Below are positions 55,939-64,000 of a stretch of 64,000 nucleotides of DNA, piece after piece. Source of the DNA: an uncultured Bacillota bacterium. Lineage in GTDB: Bacteria; Bacillota_I; Bacilli_A; RF39; UBA660. Under the pieces are notes generated by a model. It saw nothing but the letters and a program-made list of their open reading frames with translations, had not been told where the DNA came from and searched no databases. Made by a program: the position numbers and the translations under genes. Positions within the stretch are counted from its first letter, which is position 1. Each line of letters begins with the position of its first letter. The stretch spans positions 1,354 to 65,353 of the forward strand of contig CAMOKF010000002.1 in NCBI GenBank assembly GCA_946617625.1, in the 5' to 3' direction.

Positions 55939-58176
55939 ATGATTAGATTAAAAAACGTTTCTAAGTATTATTATAGTAAAGGTGTAGTTGCTACTGGCTT
56001 TTCTAAAATTAATTTAGAGTTAAATTTAGGTGAGTTTGTCGCAATTACTGGTGAAAGTGGATCAGGTAAAACCACATTACTTAATGTTATATCTGGACTT
56101 GATACTTATGAAGATGGTGAAATGTATATAAATGGTGAAGAAACTAGCCATTATATAGAAAAAGATTTTGAAGATTATAGAAGAAAAAATATTGGTAATA
56201 TTTATCAAAACTTTAATTTGGTTAATAGTTATACTGTTTATCAAAATATTGCTTTAGTTTTAATGCTTAATGGTGAGAAGAATATTAAACCTAGAGTGTT
56301 AGATCTAATTAAAAAAGTAGATTTATATAAATTTCGTAATACTAAAGTTTCTAAATTAAGTGGGGGACAAAAACAAAGAGTAGCGATTGCTAGAGCTCTA
56401 GCTAAAGATGTTCCTATTATTATTGCTGATGAGCCAACTGGTAATCTAGATAAAAAGAGTGCTTTAAGTATTATGAAATTACTTAGTGAATTATCTAAAG
56501 ATAAATTAGTTATTGTTGTAACTCATAATTATGAACAAGTGGAACCTTATGTTACTAGAAAAATTACTATGCATGATGGAAGAATATTAGAAGATGTTAA
56601 GCTAAAAGATACTGAAAAAGTAAAAAATAATTATTTAACTAAAGTAGGTAAAATATCATTAGTTAATAAAATTAGATTAGGTTTTAGAAATACTTTTAAT
56701 GTTGTTCCTAAGTTTATTTTATTATTCTTTGTATTTGCTTTTATAGTAGGTTCTCTCTTAGGTGAATACTCTTCATTTAAGAAAGAAGAAGTATTATCTA
56801 AAGAGCAAGGTAATAATTATATTTTTAATACTACTAAGTTAAATAGAATAATAGTAAAGAACAATGATAATTCTTTATTTACTGAGGAGCAACTTAGTAA
56901 AATAAAAAATATTAATAATGTAGATTATATTATTGAGAATGATAGTTTATTAGATGAAACTAGAAGTATAAAAGATGAGGATAATAAGTATTGGATACAA
57001 TCTTATACATTACCAATTAACTCTTTTAGAGGTGAATTATCATTAGGTAGAATGCCTGAAAATGATAAAGAGGTAATATTTGAAATTAGTAAAGATAGTT
57101 ATTTATTTAATGGAAATGCTGAACAAATATTAAATAAGAATTTTTATTATATAGATGATAATAATTATGATGCTTTAAATGAAGATTATAGAGTAAACAT
57201 AGTTGGTATTAAATATACTGATTCATCTAATTATGATATTGTTAGTGTTTATACTTCAGATAATATTATTTCTAAGTTAAGATATCAGAATCATTTAAGA
57301 TACTCTAATGTATTTGTTAGATTTCAAGGTAAGAAATATAAATCTGATGTTTATAACATTATGTATCAAGTAAATCCTAGTAATAAAGTTCCTAATGGAG
57401 AAGCATTTATATCAGATAGTTTTAATTATAGTTGTCCTAAATATAATTGTTTATGGTCTCCTATAGATATAATTAATGAAAATTTATATTTTACTGATAC
57501 TAAGAATTTAGTTGTTAGTAAAACTTATAATAAAGATAATTATAATAAGATATTTGATGTTTCTAATTATAAAAAAGATACTTTTGATTATGAATATGAT
57601 GGAAGAATCTTTATAAGTGAAGCTGACTATAAATCTTTATTTGATAAAGGTACTTATCAAATAAGTGTGTTTACTAAAGATAAAGATAATGTAGATAATG
57701 TTTCCAAAGAACTTGATAATATGAATTATAAGACATTAAAAATAAAAGATACTTTAGTTAATGATGGTTTAGGAGAATTCGTAAGAGTTATAAAAACTGT
57801 TGTTACTATAATTCTAGTAATCACTTTATTCTTTATATCTTATTTCATAATAAAAATAATATTAAAGAGTAGAAATAGTTATTATTCAATTATTCGTATG
57901 TTAGGTGGTACTAAGAGTGTTACTAGAGATTTATTATTAATTGAATTATTTGTAGTAGCAAATATTGCTTTCTTCTTATTTATGTTGTTAATATATTTAG
58001 ATTTTATTGGTATTACTACTATAGATGTAGTAAAAGATGTTTATGAATATTTAACTATAAATGATTATATTCTTTTATATTTAATAATTACTGGTATGTC
58101 TATATTAAGTAGTTTAAGATATTCTAGAAAACTATTTAAAAATAGTGTAATGGTATCTTTTAGAGAGGAGGTTTAA
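55939..58176 (+). CDS. MacB-type ABC transporter, fused ATPase-FtsX permease
   Basis: N-terminal NBD (GESGSGKTT, LSGGQKQR, IIADEPTGNLD), TM1, a ~350-aa extracytoplasmic domain with LGRMPENDKEV, and three C-terminal TM helices. Confidence 0.85.
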   Translation: MIRLKNVSKYYYSKGVVATGFSKINLELNLGEFVAITGESGSGKTTLLNVISGLDTYEDGEMYINGEETSHYIEKDFEDYRRKNIGNIYQNFNLVNSYTVYQNIALVLMLNGEKNIKPRVLDLIKKVDLYKFRNTKVSKLSGGQKQRVAIARALAKDVPIIIADEPTGNLDKKSALSIMKLLSELSKDKLVIVVTHNYEQVEPYVTRKITMHDGRILEDVKLKDTEKVKNNYLTKVGKISLVNKIRLGFRNTFNVVPKFILLFFVFAFIVGSLLGEYSSFKKEEVLSKEQGNNYIFNTTKLNRIIVKNNDNSLFTEEQLSKIKNINNVDYIIENDSLLDETRSIKDEDNKYWIQSYTLPINSFRGELSLGRMPENDKEVIFEISKDSYLFNGNAEQILNKNFYYIDDNNYDALNEDYRVNIVGIKYTDSSNYDIVSVYTSDNIISKLRYQNHLRYSNVFVRFQGKKYKSDVYNIMYQVNPSNKVPNGEAFISDSFNYSCPKYNCLWSPIDIINENLYFTDTKNLVVSKTYNKDNYNKIFDVSNYKKDTFDYEYDGRIFISEADYKSLFDKGTYQISVFTKDKDNVDNVSKELDNMNYKTLKIKDTLVNDGLGEFVRVIKTVVTIILVITLFFISYFIIKIILKSRNSYYSIIRMLGGTKSVTRDLLLIELFVVANIAFFLFMLLIYLDFIGITTIDVVKDVYEYLTINDYILLYLIITGMSILSSLRYSRKLFKNSVMVSFREEV

Positions 58177-58177
58177 T

Positions 58178-60607
58178 ATGATTCGTATTGAAAAAGTTAA
58201 TAAATACTTTAATAGGTTTAGAAAAAATAGTAATCATGTTATTAATAATACAACTCTTACTCTTGAAGATACTGGTTTAGTTGCTTTACTTGGACCTAGT
58301 GGTTCTGGTAAGACTACTTTATTAAATGCTATTGGTGGATTAGATAAGATTAATAGTGGTAAGATTTACATAAATGATAAAAAGATTAGTGGTCATAATA
58401 TTTATAGAATTGATAAACTTAGAAATTTAAATATTGGTTATATATTTCAAGATTATAAACTAGTTGATAATATGTCTGTATATGATAATGTTGCTTTATC
58501 ACTTAGAACTATTGGTGTTAAAGATAAAAAAGAAATTGACAAACGTGTTTCTTATGTTCTTGAACGTGTCGGAATGTATAGATATAGAAAAAGACCGGCT
58601 TCTATGTTATCAGGTGGAGAAAGACAAAGAGTAGGTATTGCTAGAGCAATAGTAAAGAATCCTAATATTATAATTGCTGATGAACCTACTGGTAATCTTG
58701 ATAGTAAAAATTCATTAGAAGTTATGAATATTATAAAGAAGATAAGTGAAGATAGATTAGTTATATTAGTTACTCATGAAGTTAATTTAGCTAAGTTCTA
58801 TGCCTCTAGAATTATTGAAATAGAGGATGGTAGGGTTGTTAATGATTATATTAATGACCATGAAGATAACCTAGATTATTCTATAGATAATAATATCTAT
58901 TTAAAAGATATTAAGAATAATACAAAAGATAATAAATTAGGTATAGATGTTTATAGAGATAAAGAATCTAATTTAAATATTCAAATTGTTCTTAAAGGAA
59001 ATAATATATTTATTAAAAGTTTAGATGATAGAAAAATAGAAGTAGTTGATGATAATTCTTCTATAGAATTTATTGATGATCACTATAAGACATTAGCTAA
59101 AAAAGATTTAAACTCTATTGATTTTGATTATAATGTTTTAAAGCATAATTCAAGAATTAGATATTCATCTATATTTAATCCTATTACATTTATTACTAAT
59201 GGATTTAAAAAAGTATTAGAATATTCATTAATAAAAAAATTATTATTAATTGGATTTTTCTTAAGTGGATTCTTTATTATGATGAGTGCATCTAGAATAG
59301 CAGCTAATTTAACTATTCATGATAAAGACTTTGTGGATACAAATAAAAATTATTTAAAAGTACATGTAGAAAAAATAGTATATGATGATTATTATAAACT
59401 AAAGAATAATCCTAATGTTAATTATGTAATACCTGGTAATAGTAAAGTTACTTTTAAATTAAAAGTAGATGATTTTTATCAAACTGCACAAACTAATTCA
59501 ACGATAACTGGTAGTTTATCTTCTGTTAGTATGCTAAATAGTAATGATATTATTTTAGGTAGAATGCCTGAAAATGATAATGAAATAGTTATTGATAAAA
59601 TGGTAATAGATCAATTAAAGAAAGCAATGAATATCACTAAAATGATCGGTTTAAATAAGAATAAGGATTTTTTAAATAGGGATGCTATTATTACTAACGT
59701 ACCTAATTTTAAAATTGTTGGTATTACTGATTTAGAAAGTCCATCTATTTATGCAGATGAATCTAAATTTATTAATATTTTATATAACAATGTTAATGAA
59801 AATAATTATGACTACACTGGTGATTATGAAGAAGACTATACTAGTGATTATCAAGAGTGGAGTTTATTTACTGATAAAGTATATATAAAAGAAGGTAGAT
59901 GGCCATTATATGATTATGAAGTTGTTGTTAATGTTAGAAATAAAGAAGAAATGAAATTGAATAAAGAGATAAATAAAAAAATAAATGATAGAAAATTAGT
60001 TGTTGTTGGTTATTATGATAGTGAAGAAAATATTGATAAAAATTTAGTTAATGATAATATGGTTAGGTTCTTGCTTTTAAAGAAATCTAAAAATATAATG
60101 GTTTATCCTAAAGATAAAGATATTATTGTTGATGAATTAACTAACGAAGGTATTAATGTAGAAGATTCTTATCTAGCTAGTAAAACTAAATATTTAAAAG
60201 AGCGTGAAAATGGTACTAAAGTTGCTATTACTAGTAGTTTAATAGTACTTGGTATATCATTAATTGAAATAATATTAATGCTTAGAAGTTCATTCTTATC
60301 AAGAATTAAAGAAGTTGGTATTTATAGAGCAATTGGTTTAAAGAAAAAAGATATTTATATAATGTTTAGTGGTGAAATAATCGCAATTACAACATTAACT
60401 AGTTTACCTGGAATAATACTTAGTGCTTATATATTTAATAGAATTAGTCATATGCCTTTATTAGGTAGTGAATTCTTAGTAAATCAAAGTATTGTAGTTT
60501 TAGCAGTAGTATTAATATATATTTTTAATCTAATATGTGGATTGTTCCCTGTGTTCTTTACATTAAGAAAAAGACCTGCTCAGATATTATCTAGAACTGA
60601 TATTTAA
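58178..60607 (+). CDS. MacB-type ABC transporter, fused ATPase-FtsX permease (paralog)
   Basis: NBD (GPSGSGKTT, LSGGERQR, IIADEPTGNLD), an extracytoplasmic domain with LGRMPENDNEI, and three C-terminal TM helices. Starts 1 nt after the previous stop. Confidence 0.85.
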   Translation: MIRIEKVNKYFNRFRKNSNHVINNTTLTLEDTGLVALLGPSGSGKTTLLNAIGGLDKINSGKIYINDKKISGHNIYRIDKLRNLNIGYIFQDYKLVDNMSVYDNVALSLRTIGVKDKKEIDKRVSYVLERVGMYRYRKRPASMLSGGERQRVGIARAIVKNPNIIIADEPTGNLDSKNSLEVMNIIKKISEDRLVILVTHEVNLAKFYASRIIEIEDGRVVNDYINDHEDNLDYSIDNNIYLKDIKNNTKDNKLGIDVYRDKESNLNIQIVLKGNNIFIKSLDDRKIEVVDDNSSIEFIDDHYKTLAKKDLNSIDFDYNVLKHNSRIRYSSIFNPITFITNGFKKVLEYSLIKKLLLIGFFLSGFFIMMSASRIAANLTIHDKDFVDTNKNYLKVHVEKIVYDDYYKLKNNPNVNYVIPGNSKVTFKLKVDDFYQTAQTNSTITGSLSSVSMLNSNDIILGRMPENDNEIVIDKMVIDQLKKAMNITKMIGLNKNKDFLNRDAIITNVPNFKIVGITDLESPSIYADESKFINILYNNVNENNYDYTGDYEEDYTSDYQEWSLFTDKVYIKEGRWPLYDYEVVVNVRNKEEMKLNKEINKKINDRKLVVVGYYDSEENIDKNLVNDNMVRFLLLKKSKNIMVYPKDKDIIVDELTNEGINVEDSYLASKTKYLKERENGTKVAITSSLIVLGISLIEIILMLRSSFLSRIKEVGIYRAIGLKKKDIYIMFSGEIIAITTLTSLPGIILSAYIFNRISHMPLLGSEFLVNQSIVVLAVVLIYIFNLICGLFPVFFTLRKRPAQILSRTDI

Positions 60608-60609
60608 TA

Positions 60610-60640
60610 AAAGTACATTTATATGTACTTTTTTATTTTT
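60610..60640 (+). terminator. intrinsic terminator after the MacB pair
   Basis: AAGTACAT/ATGTACTT stem plus T-run. Confidence 0.75.
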
Positions 60641-60751
60641 TTATATATAATAATGGTAAATGCAACTTAAAATATACAAAATACAACTAAAAATTGGTAG
60701 AGTGCAACCAGTTTATTTTGTATGATTTAGTCATGAAAAGGAGGAAATTTC

Positions 60752-62101
60752 ATGAATTTAAGTGAAAATTTAAAAAAATTTAGAAAAGAGAATAATCTAA
60801 GTCAAGAAGAGTTGGCTGAAAAGTTAGGTGTTTCTAGACAGAGTGTATCTAAATGGGAAAGTAACTCTGCTTATCCAGAAATGGATAAATTAATTCAAAT
60901 ATCTAATATGTTTAATATAGGTATAGATGAATTATTAAATAAAGATGTAAGAGAGGTTAGAGAAAAGGTAGAAACCAAAAATACTATTAATAAGTATATT
61001 GATGATTTTTTAATCTTTATGTCTAAATCTATAGATATGTTTCTTAATATGAATTTTAAGCAAAAAATAAAATTTATAATTGAAGAGTTATTCATAGCTT
61101 TTATACTTTTTATTGGTTTTAATATTATTGGTTCAATATTAAGTGCTATTTATTATGATTTATTTAGTTTTGCTAATTGGAGAGTTATTAATGTTATAAA
61201 AAATATTTTTGATGCTATATATTTAGCAATTACTATAGTATTTGGTGTTATTATAATACTTCATATTTATAAAACTAGATATTTGGATTATTATGAGATT
61301 GTTGATAAAGATGATCTTAAAAAAAGTGATTTAGATAATAAAAATGATAATATTATTCCAGATAAAAGAGAAAAAATAATAATTAGAGATCCTGATCATT
61401 CTAGTTCTAGATTTATTACAGGACTATTAAAAATGTTATTAATAATGATTAAATGTTTTGCTGCTTTCTTATTTGTTGGTGGTGCTTTTACACTTATAGG
61501 TCTTGTAATATGTTTAGTATGTTCTTTCTTGATTGCTAAGACAGGACTATTCTTTTTTGGAATACTTTTATCTTTGATTGCATCTATTTCTATTGCTATT
61601 ATTATATTATCAGTTTTATTTAATTTTATTATTGGACATAAGAATAAGTTTGGATTAATATTTATTATTTTTATATTAAGTTTATTAATTTTAGGTAGTG
61701 GTATAGGTTGTACTTCTATAGGTTTTACTAAATTTGAATTTAAAAATGATTTAACTCAAACTAAAGAAGAAGTTATTGAAATGAAAGAAGATCTAGTAAT
61801 TGATTATTTTGGTAATCAAAGAGTTGAATATGTAGAATCTGATAATGATGATGTAAAGATAGTTGTTAACTATTCTGAAGGAAGGGAATGCTATATTGGT
61901 AAAGGTCATTTTGATACTGATAATATACTTCATATTAATTTAATTAATAATGGTGGTTCTTTTGAAGATTTAAAAAGACAAATAGATTATTTAAATAAAG
62001 GAATTATAAGTGATTCTGATTACTATGAAATTCATATTTATACTAATAAAGAAAATATTGATAAATTGAATAATAATTATTCAGATTTTTTTAATAGGTA
62101 G
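60752..62101 (+). CDS. XRE-family HTH protein fused to polytopic membrane and C-terminal domains
   Basis: LKKFRKENNLSQEELAEKLGVSRQSVSKWESN HTH, then at least 5 TM helices and a ~110-aa C-terminal domain. Confidence 0.8.
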   Translation: MNLSENLKKFRKENNLSQEELAEKLGVSRQSVSKWESNSAYPEMDKLIQISNMFNIGIDELLNKDVREVREKVETKNTINKYIDDFLIFMSKSIDMFLNMNFKQKIKFIIEELFIAFILFIGFNIIGSILSAIYYDLFSFANWRVINVIKNIFDAIYLAITIVFGVIIILHIYKTRYLDYYEIVDKDDLKKSDLDNKNDNIIPDKREKIIIRDPDHSSSRFITGLLKMLLIMIKCFAAFLFVGGAFTLIGLVICLVCSFLIAKTGLFFFGILLSLIASISIAIIILSVLFNFIIGHKNKFGLIFIIFILSLLILGSGIGCTSIGFTKFEFKNDLTQTKEEVIEMKEDLVIDYFGNQRVEYVESDNDDVKIVVNYSEGRECYIGKGHFDTDNILHINLINNGGSFEDLKRQIDYLNKGIISDSDYYEIHIYTNKENIDKLNNNYSDFFNR

Positions 62102-62111
62102 AGTCTATTTG

Positions 62112-62148
62112 AAAGAGACAATTTGTCTCTTTTTATTTTTTTTTAATT
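62112..62148 (+). terminator. intrinsic terminator
   Basis: AAAGAGACA/TGTCTCTTT stem plus long T-rich tail. Confidence 0.75.
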
Positions 62149-62189
62149 TAAATGTGGTATTATTAATGTAGTTCTTGAGGTGATAATAT

Positions 62190-63848
62190 ATGAAAATTAG
62201 AGTAAATGGAATTTTTGATAGATACAATAATGAAGTTGATGTCGATAAAAAATGTAATATTTTAATTGGTGAAAATGGAATAGGTAAGAGTACAACTTTA
62301 AAAATAGTTAAAGCCTTTTTATCTGGTGATTTTGTTGAATTATTAAATTATTATTTTAACTCTATTGAAGTAATTGATCATAATAAAAATGTAAAAATTA
62401 ATTATGTTGATTTATTTCCAAAAGCTAATGATATTTTGAATATTACTAATGAATATGTTATTGACTCTTCTTTAGAAAAAGAATCAAGTTGGATTAATTA
62501 TAATAAACGTGACATAGAAAAATATAATTATAAATTATTAGGTTTAGTAGAAGAAAATCCTAATTGTTATCAACATTTAATTAGAAATGTAATTAATGAT
62601 GGTAATAAGTTTTCTATGGATGGTTTTAGAGAAGAATATAATATAACAAATAATAGTGATTACTTGAGAGATGCTAGTTATATTTTAAATATATTTTACT
62701 TACGTTTTATTAATGTAAAAGATTACAATAATATAAGATATATTGATAATACTGAGTTTTCTAAAAATGAATTGTATAAAACTTTTGATGAGATATTAAA
62801 AAATTATAATAGAGTATTTTTAATTTCTGCAGTAAAAGAAATAGATATTGTTAATGATGTTTTTAATATTCCTAATAAATATTTTTCTATTAATGATGAT
62901 TTTCGTATTTTAGATAGTTATAAAAAAGAAGAAAAAGATATATTAAAAAGAGTTCCTAGAGATATTCGAAAGAGGGAAGATTTTGAGAATAAATCTGTTC
63001 ATTTAAGTGTAGAAGAAATGGAAAGGTTTTATAATGAGTTATTTAATAAATATAGTGTTGAAAAAATAATAAATAATACTATTTATGAAAATATATATAA
63101 AGATTATGATGTTTATAAAGATCTTGGTGGTTTTAATAATTCATATAAACCATCTATTGATATTAAAAAAATACTATTTAAAAACTATTATAGTGAAGAT
63201 GTATTAAGAAAGTTTACTAGAGACTATTATACTATGCTTAAAAAGATGGTTAATAGAGAATATAGTGCACAAGAATTAGATTTAGAGTTATGCTTTGATA
63301 ATCCTGATATTATGAATAAATACTATATTTTTATGGAACCTCTTATACCTAGATATTCATTCTATAGATCATTCTTATTAGGAAGCAATAAAACAAGTTA
63401 CTATTCTTATGAAGCTCAAGTATTTAATAAATTTATTCTTGATAATTTAGATTATTATGTAAATTATGAGAATGATAAAATTAAAATCTTAAATTATCTT
63501 TTAAGTGAATATTTTAAAAATAAAAAGATTTATTGTTCTCCAAATGGATTAATTATTTCTGATAATAAAGATTTTAAAAATAGATATAATTTTAAATACT
63601 TATCTGAAGGTGAGAAAAAAGTAATATTATTATTGATTATTAGTGTATTTAATGATAATGATGTTTTAATACTTGATGAAGTTGAAACTTCTTTATCTGT
63701 AATTTGGCAAAAGAGATTAATTAATGATTTATTAAAAGAAGGAAATATAGATCATTTAATAGTTTCTACTCAATCACCTTTTATTGTTGATGATGATACT
63801 TTATTTGAAAATGTAGTTTGTTTACCGGGAGATGTAAATTATGAATAA
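62190..63848 (+). CDS. ABC/OLD-type ATPase, AriA-like (PARIS-like system)
   Basis: Walker A GENGIGKST, ABC signature-like YLSEGEKKV, Walker B VLILDEVETSLS with a long insertion between them. Overlaps the downstream DUF4435-like gene by 8 nt. Confidence 0.6.
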   Translation: MKIRVNGIFDRYNNEVDVDKKCNILIGENGIGKSTTLKIVKAFLSGDFVELLNYYFNSIEVIDHNKNVKINYVDLFPKANDILNITNEYVIDSSLEKESSWINYNKRDIEKYNYKLLGLVEENPNCYQHLIRNVINDGNKFSMDGFREEYNITNNSDYLRDASYILNIFYLRFINVKDYNNIRYIDNTEFSKNELYKTFDEILKNYNRVFLISAVKEIDIVNDVFNIPNKYFSINDDFRILDSYKKEEKDILKRVPRDIRKREDFENKSVHLSVEEMERFYNELFNKYSVEKIINNTIYENIYKDYDVYKDLGGFNNSYKPSIDIKKILFKNYYSEDVLRKFTRDYYTMLKKMVNREYSAQELDLELCFDNPDIMNKYYIFMEPLIPRYSFYRSFLLGSNKTSYYSYEAQVFNKFILDNLDYYVNYENDKIKILNYLLSEYFKNKKIYCSPNGLIISDNKDFKNRYNFKYLSEGEKKVILLLIISVFNDNDVLILDEVETSLSVIWQKRLINDLLKEGNIDHLIVSTQSPFIVDDDTLFENVVCLPGDVNYE

Positions 63849-64000
63849 TGAATTTTTAGATGAATTTACATCTTCTAGGAAAAACCAACCTAATTCAAAA
63901 ATGTTAATAGAGTTTAATCAAAGAAGAAACTATTTAGATGAAGGAACTTATGTTGGATTTGTTGAGGGACCTGATGATAGAAATTTCTATAGTTCTATTA
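63841..64000 (+). CDS. DUF4435/TOPRIM-like protein, AriB-like (5' partial, runs off the window)
   Basis: My translation: MNNEFLDEFTSSRKNQPNSKMLIEFNQRRNYLDEGTYVGFVEGPDDRNFYSSI. The VEGxxDxxFY motif is the N-terminal signature of DUF4435 TOPRIM-like nucleases. Confidence 0.5.
   Translation, partial: MNNEFLDEFTSSRKNQPNSKMLIEFNQRRNYLDEGTYVGFVEGPDDRNFYSSI

Noticed and set aside
1-64000. CRISPR arrays, rRNA/tRNA genes, IS elements, prophage
   Set aside because: I saw no regularly spaced direct repeats, no tRNA cloverleaf candidates (the T-arm-like GATTGAATCCCCG at 38039-38050 lacks a matching stem), and no transposase, integrase or phage structural genes among the ORFs.

Overview
AT-rich (under ~30% GC by eye) Firmicutes-type chromosomal segment. 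The gene content (PFOR, sortase B, L,D-transpeptidase, SpoVK-type AAA+, TelA/XpaC, TrkAH) fits a Clostridia- or Erysipelotrichia-like anaerobe, but the taxon cannot be fixed from this window. I call about 59 protein genes, more than 85% on the + strand, many translationally coupled. I saw no rRNA, tRNA, CRISPR array, transposase or integrase. Two known cis-regulatory RNAs are clear: a SAM-I riboswitch before metK (30297-30447) and a glmS ribozyme before glmS (38866-39025). Housekeeping genes include nifJ/PFOR, recG, trkA/trkH, map, metK, cspA, rdgB and glmS. Accessory content includes three FtsX/MacB-type ABC exporters, an ABC-2 exporter, an orphan AgrA/AgrC-like two-component system, a sortase B plus substrate cluster, and a vWA-XpaC-PBP-TelA operon. 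Most unusual items: (1) a ~600-nt ORF-free, G-enriched region (37685-38284) whose ends form a 19/20 long-range helix. I read it as a candidate large structured ncRNA in the OLE/ROOL/GOLLD size class, family unidentified. (2) A translationally coupled pair of paralogous metallophosphoesterase proteins sharing an extra ~90-aa N-terminal region (17363-19355). One has intact catalytic motifs and the other has nearly all metal ligands lost; a uORF plus terminator leader precedes them. (3) A split OLD-like ABC-ATPase plus DUF4435/TOPRIM pair (PARIS AriA/AriB-like) cut by the window end. (4) A promoter- and terminator-bounded small RNA candidate and an orphan leader flanking recG. All functional calls rest on motifs read by eye; no searches were run.
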